DNA of 64,000 nucleotides from an uncultured bacterium (GTDB lineage: Bacteria; Acidobacteriota; Aminicenantia; UBA2199): positions 24,287-88,286 of the forward strand of contig CBDUZW010000015.1 in the NCBI GenBank assembly GCA_965371805.1, written 5' to 3'. Below, one piece after another: positions 28,782-39,365 of this stretch. The position numbers and the translations under genes were made by a program. A model generated the notes under the pieces. It searched no databases, was not told the DNA's origin, and saw only the letters and a list, made by a program, of their open reading frames with translations. Within the stretch, counting starts at the first letter, position 1. Each line of letters starts with the position of its first letter.

Positions 28782-29435
28782 TAGTTTTCTTAAAAGGGAT
28801 TTATTGTCAGTACATTTCGTATAGGCTGTAGTTACTATCTGCAATGCTGTACTTAAATTGGGACCATATGCTATAACACCTTCCTCATGCCCCATCATAA
28901 CGAAAATTCCTTGAGTTTTATTGCCTACACATTCCCTTACAGCCATTGCCATCTCATAAGTTCCATATTCAATCCACTTATTAATAGACGTTGTATCAGA
29001 CTTTATCAGTTCTTTCCAGATATCCAGATTATGAAAATGAATTATTGCACCAATATTCGGGTTTTGCTGGTATATGGCAGCATGACTCATTGTCTCAGAT
29101 GAGGCTTGAACAGCTCCATTGGATACTAATGAGAAATCTTCTATATGAAAATCCAGAACCCGGGCGTAGTGTGTCCCATCAAGATCAGGGAGGTGTCCTG
29201 TTTGAGATCCGGTTATTATAAACTGAGGCTTTTGGGTAGCATGTAATTGCTGATAGTTTTTTTTATGTGATATATTACCGAACCCAAAACCATTATCATA
29301 GGCAGATACCAGGTTTAATCGGTTAAGTACCTTCCGATATTTTTCAATTACAGTATATTCATAGTGTGGAATTGAAGATATAAAGGTATAATTCGATTGA
29401 TCATACTTAATTACTCCTTCATCCTCTTTTTTCAT
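28776..29435 (-). CDS. class II aldolase/adducin-family protein
   Basis: ITGSQTG..., ASSETMSHAAIYQ....GAIIHFHN, MMGHEEGVIAYG fits the zinc-ligand and fold pattern of class II aldolases. Substrate unknown. Confidence 0.6.
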   Translation of the reverse strand: MKKEDEGVIKYDQSNYTFISSIPHYEYTVIEKYRKVLNRLNLVSAYDNGFGFGNISHKKNYQQLHATQKPQFIITGSQTGHLPDLDGTHYARVLDFHIEDFSLVSNGAVQASSETMSHAAIYQQNPNIGAIIHFHNLDIWKELIKSDTTSINKWIEYGTYEMAMAVRECVGNKTQGIFVMMGHEEGVIAYGPNLSTALQIVTTAYTKCTDNKSLLRKLL

Positions 29436-29531
29436 ATATCTATGATATCAAATCATTATTATGAATACAATAAACCTTAGTCTGCTCTCTCTGACTTTGC
29501 TTAATAAGTATGTTAAAATATCAGATATTAT

Positions 29532-30161
29532 ATGAGACAATTAAAGAAACAGATTATGAAACTATTACAGAAAAGTAACTCCCCTAGATTAAGTCAGACT
29601 AAACCTCTTTTTATAAACATGAACGACATAGGTCTTGTTGGCTTTAAAAGAAGTTATAAGGCAAAGAGATTGATATTAAAGATTAAAGAAGATAGTTCAG
29701 TTTTTGTCTCTGTTCCAAGAGGAGTTTCTTTTGAGATAGCTATGAGCTTTGCCATGAGTAAAGCTCAATGGATCAATGACACTATTAAGAAGATGTCATT
29801 ACATAAGCAAAAGAGAGAAAGTTCCAGTATAAAAATCAATCTAATTGACAGAGATCATGCAAAGAGGATCATTAAAAACAGGGTTGAGGATATAGCAGAA
29901 AAACATGGCTTTTTTTATAATAGGATAGCAATTAAAGATCAAAAGACAATTTGGGGTAGCTGTTCGTCAAAGAATAATCTGAATTTTAATTATAAAATAG
30001 CAAGCCTGCCGGAACAATTAATGGATTATATTATATTGCACGAACTTGTTCACACAAAAATAAAAAATCATAGTAAACTCTTTTGGAATACCCTTGATCA
30101 GTATGTCCAAAATTCAAAATCTTTAAGAAAAGAGTTAATAAACATTCAATTTTCTGGTTAA
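29532..30161 (+). CDS. YgjP-like (DUF45/M48-type) metal-dependent hydrolase
   Basis: HELVHTKIKNHSKLFW zincin-type motif near the C-terminus, and WGSCS block. Confidence 0.7.
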   Translation: MRQLKKQIMKLLQKSNSPRLSQTKPLFINMNDIGLVGFKRSYKAKRLILKIKEDSSVFVSVPRGVSFEIAMSFAMSKAQWINDTIKKMSLHKQKRESSSIKINLIDRDHAKRIIKNRVEDIAEKHGFFYNRIAIKDQKTIWGSCSSKNNLNFNYKIASLPEQLMDYIILHELVHTKIKNHSKLFWNTLDQYVQNSKSLRKELINIQFSG

Positions 30162-30164
30162 TAC

Positions 30165-31415
30165 TTAATTATCTCTCATACTTCTGCCGGCAATATATCC
30201 GGTTGAAAATGCTGCCTGAAGGTTAAATCCACCTGTGTCGGCATCTATATCAATTATTTCTCCGGCAAAGTAGAGTCCTTCTACTATTTTTGATTCCATT
30301 GTTTTTTGGTTAATTTCTTTTGTAATAATTCCACCATTTGTAATTATTGCATTATTATACGATAAAAAACCTTTTACTTTCAGTGTAAACTCTTTTAATA
30401 ATAATCGTATTTTTTTTCGTTCATTAGAATTAATTTGATTTAGTTTTTTCTTTTCAGGTATATCTAATTCATTTAGAAAAACCGATATCATTTTTATTGG
30501 CAGAAGTTTTGAGATCAAGTGTTTCAGATCCAAATTAGGATTTTCCTTTATTTCTCTTAAAATTCTATTATCAATTTTTTTATGATCAAGTGCCGGTTTT
30601 AAGTCAATTAAGATCGAAACTTCAAAATTTTCATTTAATAGTTCAACAATATCTTTACTTATTGTCAAAATAACCGGGCCTGTGACTCCATATTGCCTGA
30701 ACTCCATCTCTCCAAATTCTTCTCTAGTTTTTTTTTTTACTCCATTTTTCTCAGACCAGACTGATACTGAAATATTTTTTAATGCAAGGTCATTTAAGTT
30801 TTTTGGAATATCACCATATATTGTTAATGGGACTAAAGCAGGAAAGACAGGGCTAATTAAATGACCAAATTTCGCAGCAAATCTATATCCGTCTCCACTT
30901 GATCCTGTATTTGGGTAGGATTTTCCACCCGTTGCAATAAGAAGTTTTTTACAGGAAATAGTTTTATTGTCTGCCTGAATATAGAATTTATCTTCTTTTT
31001 TTGAAATATTTGAGACTGAATAATTTGTAATAATTGGTATATTCAAATCCATTAACTTATTTAATAAAGCACGAACAAGTTCTTTAGAATCATCACTCTC
31101 TAAAAAATACCTGCCTCCCCTTTCAAGTTTAAATTTCACTCCCAAATCCGCAAAATATTTTAACAACTCTTCATTAAAAAAACTTGAAAACGAATATCTT
31201 AAAAATCTGCCGTTTTTCCCAAAATGTGATAAAAAATCTTTTAATTCCGCACTATTTGTAATATTGCACCTGCCCTTACCAGAAATCTCCAGTTTTTTTG
31301 CAGGCTTTTCCATCTTTTCAAGTATACAAATTTTATTTGAAGGACTATAGGACTCAATCGCCCCAATCAGACCGGCTGCGCCGGCTCCAATAATTATAAT
31401 ATCATATTCTTTCAT
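30165..31415 (-). CDS. HI0933/BaiN-like FAD-dependent oxidoreductase
   Basis: YDIIIIGAGAAGL dinucleotide fold, GKGRCN(I)TN, C-terminal GEIIDIDADTGGFNLQ. The ATG at 31415 gives an ATGA overlap with the glgP stop; the ORF track extends to 31442. Confidence 0.8.
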   Translation of the reverse strand: MKEYDIIIIGAGAAGLIGAIESYSPSNKICILEKMEKPAKKLEISGKGRCNITNSAELKDFLSHFGKNGRFLRYSFSSFFNEELLKYFADLGVKFKLERGGRYFLESDDSKELVRALLNKLMDLNIPIITNYSVSNISKKEDKFYIQADNKTISCKKLLIATGGKSYPNTGSSGDGYRFAAKFGHLISPVFPALVPLTIYGDIPKNLNDLALKNISVSVWSEKNGVKKKTREEFGEMEFRQYGVTGPVILTISKDIVELLNENFEVSILIDLKPALDHKKIDNRILREIKENPNLDLKHLISKLLPIKMISVFLNELDIPEKKKLNQINSNERKKIRLLLKEFTLKVKGFLSYNNAIITNGGIITKEINQKTMESKIVEGLYFAGEIIDIDADTGGFNLQAAFSTGYIAGRSMRDN

Positions 31416-33901
31416 TTTATATGAACAGGTTTTACCTTCCATATTTCTTTTGCATACTCAGCAATTGTTCTATCTGTTGAAAATTTCCCCATATTTGCAA
31501 CATTAAGAATTGACATTTTTATCCATTTTTCCTGATCTCTATAGGTTTCATCAACAATATCCTGACTCTTAATATATGAACCATAGTCGGCAAGAAGCAT
31601 ATAATTATCACCATGATTTAAGAGAGAGTCGATTATTGGATGAAACAGATCCAGTTCATTTTTTGAGAAATAACCGTTCTTGATCATATCTAATGCCTGC
31701 CTGAGCTCTCTGTTTGTATTATAAAAATCCCAGGGATTGTAATTTTCTCCTTTGAGTTTTTCAACACCCTCCTCATCAAGTCCAAAAATAAAGATGTTTT
31801 CTTCTCCTACCTCTTCCTTTATTTCTATATTTGCTCCATCAAGTGTTCCAATAGTTAATGCGCCATTTAATGCAAACTTCATATTTCCTGTTCCTGAGGC
31901 TTCAGTTCCTGCTGTTGATACCTGTTGTGAAAGATCTGCTGCAGGAATTATTTTTTCAGCATTTGAGACAGCATAATTCCGGAGAAATATTACCTTTAGT
32001 CTCTCCCCAATATCCGGGTCATTGTTTACAACATCTCCTATACAATTGATCAACTTTATTATAAGTTTTGCCATATGGTATCCGGGAGCTGCTTTTCCTG
32101 CAAAGATTACCGTCCTGGCCTGGAATATTCCGTCAGGATTTGCTTTTATTCTATTAAAACGGGTAATTACAGATAAGGCATTTAGTAATTGTCTTTTATA
32201 TTCATGTATTCTTTTTATATGACAGTCAAAAATAGAATCTGTGTTTATCTCTATTCCATTCCTTTTAGAAACATATTTTTGTAATCTTTTCTTATTTGCT
32301 TTTTTTATCTCCGCCCACTTTTCTTTAAACTTTATATCTTCAGAATATGGGATCAACTTCTTTAGTTTGTAAAGATCGACAATCCATTCATCTCCAATTA
32401 CTGATGTGATTAGATCCGATAGCCCCGGATTACATAATTCCAGCCATCTTCGCTGGGTAATTCCATTTGTTTTATTATTAAATTTTTCAGGAAAAAGTTT
32501 ATAAAAGTCAGAAAAAATATGTTTTTTTATTATTTCTGTATGAAGTGCCGCAACGCCATTCAATGAATGACTCCCAATAATTGCAAGATTTGCCATTCGA
32601 ACTTGTTTATGATCACCCTCTTCAATTATAGACAGACTTCTTAACATATTTTCATTCTTTTCTATAATAATTTTTATACTTTCCAGAAACCTATGATTTA
32701 TTTCATAAATTAACTGCATATGTCTTGGGAGCAGGTTCGTCATTAAAGATACTGACCATTTTTCCAGGGCCTCCGGTAATATTGTATGGTTCGTATATCC
32801 AAAAGTTTTTAATGTTACATTCCAGGAATAATCCCACTCTAATCCTTCCAGATCAACAAGTATCCTCATGAGCTCTGGAATGGCTATTGCCGGGTGTGTG
32901 TCATTTAATTGTATGGCTACTTTTTCCGGAAACATATTATAATTTTCATGGTTTAGTTTATATTCTTTTATAATATCCTGCAATGTTGCAGATACAAAGA
33001 AATATTCCTGTTTTAACCTTAGTTCTTTTCCTTCATCAATATTATCATTGGGGTATAAAACTTTAGATATGTTTTCTGAGGAGGATTTTTCAGCAACCGC
33101 CTTACGATAATTCCCATCATTGAAATATTGCAAATTGAACTCTCTTGAAGATTTTGCAGACCATAATCTCAAATTATTAACAGTTTTACAATTATATCCG
33201 GGTATCATTGTATCATTTGCCATTGCCATAACTTTGTCAGTATTTACCCATCTCTGCCTTAAATTCCCATTATTATCGCAATAATCTTCTACTGAACCAT
33301 AGAATCTCACCGGGTAAAGACGTTCTGGTCTTTGAAACTCCCAGGGATTCCCATATCGCAGCCAGTTATCAGCCTGTTCAACCTGATATCCATTTTTGAT
33401 ATCCTGAAAAAAAATCCCGAATTCATATCTGATTCCATATCCGGTTGCAGGGAGTTCAAGAGTTGCCATAGAATCTAAAAAACAGGCAGCCAGCCTTCCA
33501 AGACCACCATTTCCAAGGCCTGCATCATATTCCATTCCTCTCAATTCCTCCAGATCATACCCAAGATCTATCATTGCTTTATTTGTATTATCATAAAGAC
33601 CAAGGTTAATGAGGCTGTTACCAAGTGTTCTGCCTATTAAAAATTCAAGAGAGAGGTAATATATCTTTTTGGGATCTTTCTCATAATGCACCTTAAGAGT
33701 TTCTGTTCGTTTTTCAATCATCCTATCTCTTATTGAGTGGGCAAGGCTGAAAAATTTGTCCATTTCAGTTGCATTATATGAATTTTTTCCAAGTGAATAT
33801 TCTAAATGATTTACAAAAGATTTTTTTAATGACGGGATATCACTTCCTTTAAAATCATTTGTCTCAGGTGTTAAATTTATATTTTTTATTTTATCGTTCA
33901 T
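31412..33901 (-). CDS. glgP: glycogen/maltodextrin phosphorylase
   Basis: 829 aa: GLGNGGLGRLAACFLDS, EASGTGNMKFALNGALTIGTLDGANIE (PLP-Lys region). Confidence 0.93.
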   Translation of the reverse strand: MNDKIKNINLTPETNDFKGSDIPSLKKSFVNHLEYSLGKNSYNATEMDKFFSLAHSIRDRMIEKRTETLKVHYEKDPKKIYYLSLEFLIGRTLGNSLINLGLYDNTNKAMIDLGYDLEELRGMEYDAGLGNGGLGRLAACFLDSMATLELPATGYGIRYEFGIFFQDIKNGYQVEQADNWLRYGNPWEFQRPERLYPVRFYGSVEDYCDNNGNLRQRWVNTDKVMAMANDTMIPGYNCKTVNNLRLWSAKSSREFNLQYFNDGNYRKAVAEKSSSENISKVLYPNDNIDEGKELRLKQEYFFVSATLQDIIKEYKLNHENYNMFPEKVAIQLNDTHPAIAIPELMRILVDLEGLEWDYSWNVTLKTFGYTNHTILPEALEKWSVSLMTNLLPRHMQLIYEINHRFLESIKIIIEKNENMLRSLSIIEEGDHKQVRMANLAIIGSHSLNGVAALHTEIIKKHIFSDFYKLFPEKFNNKTNGITQRRWLELCNPGLSDLITSVIGDEWIVDLYKLKKLIPYSEDIKFKEKWAEIKKANKKRLQKYVSKRNGIEINTDSIFDCHIKRIHEYKRQLLNALSVITRFNRIKANPDGIFQARTVIFAGKAAPGYHMAKLIIKLINCIGDVVNNDPDIGERLKVIFLRNYAVSNAEKIIPAADLSQQVSTAGTEASGTGNMKFALNGALTIGTLDGANIEIKEEVGEENIFIFGLDEEGVEKLKGENYNPWDFYNTNRELRQALDMIKNGYFSKNELDLFHPIIDSLLNHGDNYMLLADYGSYIKSQDIVDETYRDQEKWIKMSILNVANMGKFSTDRTIAEYAKEIWKVKPVHIK

Positions 33902-33911
33902 CTCTTTCTCC

Positions 33912-36011
33912 TTAAATGAGCCTTAATACTATCATACTTTTTTCCGCTACCGATATACTCTTCCCATTATGTTCTAATTCTACTCCCATAGGTGTTATAT
34001 CAAATGGTGAGTATTTATCAGTATCAACTATTTTTTTCCATCTTTTTTTACCGGGTTTATAAGGAGCAGGGATATTAAAAAGCATATTATTATTACTATT
34101 AAACATTATATATATTTCCTGAAGATCTTCAGTTCTTAAAAGAACTCCAAAAGCCAGAGTATCTGTCTCCCAGTCCAATTTATTTCCATCATCTCCAAAC
34201 CACATAATTTCTTTTTTCTCTTCGTTATCAGAATAATCCTTTTTATAGAAATCTCTGTTAAAAAAAGCGGATAAAATTTTTCTTATCTCTATCATTCCTT
34301 TAAAAAAATCAAATATATGTCTGTTTGTCTCAAGCAGATTCCAGTCAAACCATGAAATCTCATTGTCCTGACAATATGCATTATTATTTCCCTTTTGAGT
34401 TCTCAAAAATTCATCTCCACCATTTATCATTGGAGTCCCAAGGGATAAGAAAAGTGTAGCAATAAGATTTTTTGCCTGTTTCTCTCTGAGTTTGATTATC
34501 TTTGTATCTGTGGTTTCACCTTCTATTCCATGGTTAAAACTAAAATTATGATCTTCACCATCTTCATTATCATGATCATTATCATTATTGTGTTTCTTAT
34601 TATAACTTGCCCAATCCCACATAGTATACCCATCATGACTGAATATAAAATTGATACCCTGCTGTGGCATTCTTTCATTATTAAAAAGATCTGAACTACC
34701 GGTAATCCTTGTTGCAAAATCCCCAAGTGACCCGGGATCACCTCTCCAGAATTTCCTGACATCATCTCTATACTTCCCATTCCATTCAGCCCATCTACCT
34801 TTAAAACCACCAACCTGATATCCACCTCCGGCATCCCATGCCTCAGCAATAATTTTAGTATCTCTTAATAAAGGAGATTCCTCAATTCTTTTCATCAAAG
34901 GAGAATATTCCAGAAGCTTTCCCTTCTCATCCCTGTTTAATGCTGAAGCTAGATCGAACCTGAATCCATCAACATGCATTTCCAGAACCCAATAGTGAAG
35001 ACAATCTATAATAAAATCACTTACAACCGGATGATTGCAGTTTAATGTATTTCCACAACCGGTATATTCGAGATAATCTCCATTTTTTGAATCAATCATA
35101 TAATATATGTCATTATCAATTCCTTTGAAGCTAAGGGTTTTATCAAGTTGCCCTCCTTCAACTGTATGGTTGAAAACAATATCAAGAATGATTTCAATAC
35201 CGGCCTTATGCAGTTCCTTTACCATTTGTTTAAACTCTATAACCTGCTCACCGGAATCATTTTTCACAGAATATCTACCATTAGGAGCAAAAAAGCCCAG
35301 GGTATTATATCCCCAATAATTATTTAATACCTCATCTGAATTTTGATTTTTACGATTATCTCTAAATATACTAAATTCATTAACAGGCAAAAGTTCAATC
35401 GCTGAAATCCCCAGCTCTTTAAAATATGGTATTTTTTCGACAAGACCACTATATGTTCCCGGATTTTTTACTTTTGACGTATTACCGGCAGTAAAACCCC
35501 TCAAATTTACCTCATAAATAATTGTATCTTGTAAAGATATTCGAAGCTGCCTGTCTCCTTCCCAATTGAAATCATCTAAGCATACAATCCCCTTTGCCAT
35601 TTTTGCCGGGTTATTAAAAAATTTTTGAGAGTCACTATTCTTCTCATCTGGAAATGAATCTATTCTGCCTGTAAAAGCTTTTGCATAGGGATCAAGAAGA
35701 AGTGCATCCTTATTAAAGATTTTTCCGGATTCCGGATCTAATGGACCATCCATTTTCCAAAGATAGTACCAGCCAGCAGAGAGACCTTCAATAAAAGCAT
35801 ACCAGTGATCACCTATTCTGTTCGTCTCCTTTGTCAATTCAAAAATATAGTCTGGTTCTTCTCCATCTTTTATTTTAAATAATAATAACCATGCACGCGT
35901 TGCATTGCGGCTGAATATTGAAAACAAGACTCCTCTCTCTTTGACAGTTGCTCCAGATTTTATACTACTAATATCAGTATTTATATTTATTCTAATTTCC
36001 CTTTCCATCAT
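33912..36011 (-). CDS. glgX: glycogen debranching enzyme (GH13, GlgX-type)
   Basis: IILDIVFNHT, VDGFRFDLAS, IAEAWD, FIFSHDG, the four GH13 signature regions. Confidence 0.88.
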   Translation of the reverse strand: MMEREIRININTDISSIKSGATVKERGVLFSIFSRNATRAWLLLFKIKDGEEPDYIFELTKETNRIGDHWYAFIEGLSAGWYYLWKMDGPLDPESGKIFNKDALLLDPYAKAFTGRIDSFPDEKNSDSQKFFNNPAKMAKGIVCLDDFNWEGDRQLRISLQDTIIYEVNLRGFTAGNTSKVKNPGTYSGLVEKIPYFKELGISAIELLPVNEFSIFRDNRKNQNSDEVLNNYWGYNTLGFFAPNGRYSVKNDSGEQVIEFKQMVKELHKAGIEIILDIVFNHTVEGGQLDKTLSFKGIDNDIYYMIDSKNGDYLEYTGCGNTLNCNHPVVSDFIIDCLHYWVLEMHVDGFRFDLASALNRDEKGKLLEYSPLMKRIEESPLLRDTKIIAEAWDAGGGYQVGGFKGRWAEWNGKYRDDVRKFWRGDPGSLGDFATRITGSSDLFNNERMPQQGINFIFSHDGYTMWDWASYNKKHNNDNDHDNEDGEDHNFSFNHGIEGETTDTKIIKLREKQAKNLIATLFLSLGTPMINGGDEFLRTQKGNNNAYCQDNEISWFDWNLLETNRHIFDFFKGMIEIRKILSAFFNRDFYKKDYSDNEEKKEIMWFGDDGNKLDWETDTLAFGVLLRTEDLQEIYIMFNSNNNMLFNIPAPYKPGKKRWKKIVDTDKYSPFDITPMGVELEHNGKSISVAEKSMIVLRLI

Positions 36012-36012
36012 C

Positions 36013-38913
36013 TTATTGAAAAAGGACAGTTTTTATGCTTTTCGATAGAGTTTCTACACTATACGGTTTTCGGATATATTTTGCAACACCTAATTTTATA
36101 GCCTCAGTAACTCTTTCTGTTTCGGAAAAACCACTAACAATTATTGCTTTTTGTTTCGGATTTTCAGATAAAATCTTCTTGTATGTATCAAGTCCATCTA
36201 TACCCGGGTCCATTATCATATCTAATAATAAAAGATCAACTTTATTCTGTTTTAAATATTCAATTGCCTTTTCACCACTCTCAACAAAAGTTACTGAATA
36301 CCCTATTCTTGTCAATATATCATATGCAAGTTCCCGCTGCTCTAATACATCATCAATAACCAGAATTTTCTCTCCATTCCCAAGAAATTCATTAACATTA
36401 AATTCACTATTTGCTCTTGTTAATTCTCTGTTTGTAACAGGGAAATAAAGAGTAAAAGTAGTTCCTTTATCTACAATACTGTTTATATCTATAAAACCTT
36501 TATGATCCTTTATAGTACCCCAGACAACAGCCATTCCAAGACCGGTCCCACTCTTTCCCATCTTCTTTTTTGTATAAAATGGCTCAAATATTCGTTCAAT
36601 ATCTGTGGGAGAAATTCCTACTCCACAATCTTTAACTTCGAGAACTGAATAATTTCCCTCCTTGATTATTTCATACTTTTTTATATCTTTTTCAAAATAT
36701 TTGTTTTTTGTAGAAATTATTATTTCACCACCTTTTTTCATCGATTCAGCTGCATTGGAAATAAGATTCATTAAGCTTTTCATAAGATGAACCTTTGAAC
36801 CGATGATATTGAATAGATTATCTTTTAAATTTTCTCTCACGATAATGTCAGGATGGAAAGATTGGAGCTTTTTAAATTCCAGACTGCTTAAATATTCATT
36901 TATTAAGCTATTTAAATTAACTACTGTCGTAGTTGAAACGCCTCTTCTAGCAAGAGTAAGGAGGTCCTGAACAATTGCAGCAGCTTTTTTTCCACTTTCC
37001 TTAATGGTTGTTAAGGGTCTTTTCATCGGGCTGTCTTGCGGAATTTTTGTTAATAGTAAATCAGGATAGCTGACAAGTCCGGATAAAATATTATTAAGAT
37101 CATGAGCAACACCACCAGCCAGGGTTCCGAGGGCTTCCATTTTTTTTGACTGCTCAAGTTTTTCTTCAAGCACCTCTTTCTCTTTTTTTGACAATTCCTG
37201 GTCTGTAACATCTCGAATTATTGACACTAAATACTGATCATTATTTAATTCAATCTGTTCAGAAGAAACCATACAATGTCTTATTTTTTTATCTTTTCTT
37301 CTAAGTAGAAAATTAAAATCCTTTACAAACCCCTCTTCATCGATTGTGTTAATCATATCTTCCCTCAGAGTAGGGTTTACCCACCAATCAAGTTCAAGAG
37401 CTGATCTTTCAATAGCTTCCTCTTTTAAATACCCCGTTACTGTTTCAAGATTTAAATTCACATTAACAATTTTGCTATCACTTTTTCTACTTAATACAAT
37501 CAAATAAGGACTATTTTCAAATACCTTTATGAATTTTTCATTTGATTCAAAGAGGGCTTTTTCTGTATTCTTTCTCAATAAAAGATCTCTCTCTAAATTG
37601 TCAAAGGACTCTTCTGTTTTTAATGCCATTTTATCAAAAGATAAAGAGAGTTCGCCTATCTCATCTTCAGTCCTTATATTCGACCTTGCACCTAGGTCTC
37701 CCTGATGGATTTCCCTTGAAACAGCTGTTATTTTTTTTATCGGACGTATAATAAAATAGAAAATAACCAAAATAATTATTATAAACAAAATAAATAGAAA
37801 GCCCAAACTACTTAGAATAAAGCGCAACCTTAATTCAGGAAATAACTCTAATATTTCATCTTCGGGAATAATAGATGCAATATACCAATTTAAAACATTG
37901 AGTTTTTTTGATAAAAAGATATTCTTTTTTCCACTCTTTTCCAAATAAGAGAGCATCATTGGATTTTTTTCTTCTGAGTTTTTAATAGCTAATGCCATTA
38001 CTTCATATAATTCAGGATTATCTGAAACCGAAATGTATAACTGGGTTCCCATTTCTGCTTTCCTTTTAAAATGTGACAAGTATTTTGGGCTTAGAATAAT
38101 GTTTTTTTCTGAATTGAAAATAAAAAAATACCCTGTTTTATAAATCTCTGATTTTAATAATTTCTCATATAATTTATTTAGAATGATATCGTGACCAACT
38201 GTTCCAATTAATTTATTTTCTTTATATAGAGGCGAAATATAGCTTGACATCCATTTTTTTAAGATTGAATCATAGTAAGGACTTATCCATTTTCCCATGT
38301 TTTTTTGACTTATATCATTATTAAACATATCAAAGTTAAAAATGCGACCTGGTTCGATCTCAAATGCCCAGTCTTTTTTGTACACTCTAATCATATTTTT
38401 TACAGAAATAAAATACATATTATGCACAAAGGTTAGTACTCCTTTTGCATAATCTTTAAATCCCGTTTCAGTCTGGAGTATAATTTTCTTTATTTCTTCT
38501 GTTACCTGGGTCCTGTTTGAGAGAAACACAGCAGATATATCATCATTTTTAAAGCCCTCAAGGTTGGTTCTGATTGCCCCATTGATTAGACTATATCTTT
38601 TTGAAAAAGCATTCATTTCCTTTTTACTTATATCGTTTTTTAGCAGTGTTTTGATAAAAAGAACAGACTCTTTTCCAATATTTTCAACATTATTGATAAA
38701 CGCTTCAATATGATTAACCTCATTATTAATTACATGTATCATTGGAGATTTGATGTTTTCAAAAATTTGTTCTTTTACCGTCCGGGTTATATAAAGTCCA
38801 ATGATCATAAAAAATAGAGAAAAAATAATCAGGAAACTAATAGAAAATTTTTTTATTAAACTGAAATTAAATTTATTTTTTTCTTTTGTAGTAATATTTT
38901 CATCATTTTTCAT
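36013..38913 (-). CDS. membrane hybrid sensor histidine kinase (Cache-like periplasmic domain, HAMP, PAS, HisKA, HATPase_c, receiver)
   Basis: Two TM helices flank a ~330-aa extracytoplasmic domain. H-box GGVAHDLNNIL, then DCGVGIS and GTGLGMAVV. Receiver ILVIDD ... LLLDMIMDPGIDG. Its stop lies 1 nt before the glgX start. Confidence 0.88.
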   Translation of the reverse strand: MKNDENITTKEKNKFNFSLIKKFSISFLIIFSLFFMIIGLYITRTVKEQIFENIKSPMIHVINNEVNHIEAFINNVENIGKESVLFIKTLLKNDISKKEMNAFSKRYSLINGAIRTNLEGFKNDDISAVFLSNRTQVTEEIKKIILQTETGFKDYAKGVLTFVHNMYFISVKNMIRVYKKDWAFEIEPGRIFNFDMFNNDISQKNMGKWISPYYDSILKKWMSSYISPLYKENKLIGTVGHDIILNKLYEKLLKSEIYKTGYFFIFNSEKNIILSPKYLSHFKRKAEMGTQLYISVSDNPELYEVMALAIKNSEEKNPMMLSYLEKSGKKNIFLSKKLNVLNWYIASIIPEDEILELFPELRLRFILSSLGFLFILFIIIILVIFYFIIRPIKKITAVSREIHQGDLGARSNIRTEDEIGELSLSFDKMALKTEESFDNLERDLLLRKNTEKALFESNEKFIKVFENSPYLIVLSRKSDSKIVNVNLNLETVTGYLKEEAIERSALELDWWVNPTLREDMINTIDEEGFVKDFNFLLRRKDKKIRHCMVSSEQIELNNDQYLVSIIRDVTDQELSKKEKEVLEEKLEQSKKMEALGTLAGGVAHDLNNILSGLVSYPDLLLTKIPQDSPMKRPLTTIKESGKKAAAIVQDLLTLARRGVSTTTVVNLNSLINEYLSSLEFKKLQSFHPDIIVRENLKDNLFNIIGSKVHLMKSLMNLISNAAESMKKGGEIIISTKNKYFEKDIKKYEIIKEGNYSVLEVKDCGVGISPTDIERIFEPFYTKKKMGKSGTGLGMAVVWGTIKDHKGFIDINSIVDKGTTFTLYFPVTNRELTRANSEFNVNEFLGNGEKILVIDDVLEQRELAYDILTRIGYSVTFVESGEKAIEYLKQNKVDLLLLDMIMDPGIDGLDTYKKILSENPKQKAIIVSGFSETERVTEAIKLGVAKYIRKPYSVETLSKSIKTVLFQ

Positions 38914-38975
38914 ATCATATAATATCCATATAACAAAACATTATAATAGTAATAAAAAATAATTTCAACTAAAAT

Positions 38976-39326
38976 TTACTTATTCGAGATAAACTGAATT
39001 TCCGATTTTATCAACTGTGTATATGCATCTGATATTTTTAATGCATCTGTTTTTGCCATGTGATTTTCTTTGTCATTTATATACTTTGCAAATACATCTT
39101 CAAGTTTCAATTTTTTTTCTGTTAGTACTTCTTCAATCTCTGATTCTCTTAGAATAAATGACAACTCTTTTCGGAATGAGTCAAGATCAATAGTGTTTGA
39201 AAAGGTAAGATAAATTGTAAAAAAGGAAACACCGAGTTCCTTATCAACATGAAGTTCTATTGTTATAATGGGGACTTCTATAAATGCAACAACCTTCTTT
39301 ACGACTTTTTCTCTTAATAATTCCAT
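38976..39326 (-). CDS. hypothetical protein (116 aa)
   Basis: ORF only; no recognisable motif. Its position between the kinase gene and recG on the same strand supports coding status. Confidence 0.4.
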   Translation of the reverse strand: MELLREKVVKKVVAFIEVPIITIELHVDKELGVSFFTIYLTFSNTIDLDSFRKELSFILRESEIEEVLTEKKLKLEDVFAKYINDKENHMAKTDALKISDAYTQLIKSEIQFISNK

Positions 39327-39365
39327 ATTATACTAAGGCATTCTATCATAAAAATTTTTATAAAT

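Noticed and set aside
34523-34849. 108-aa alternative-frame ORF inside glgX
   Set aside because: It is a by-product of the Asp/Asn/His-rich insert (HNNDNDHDNEDGEDH) region. The GH13 motifs define the true frame.
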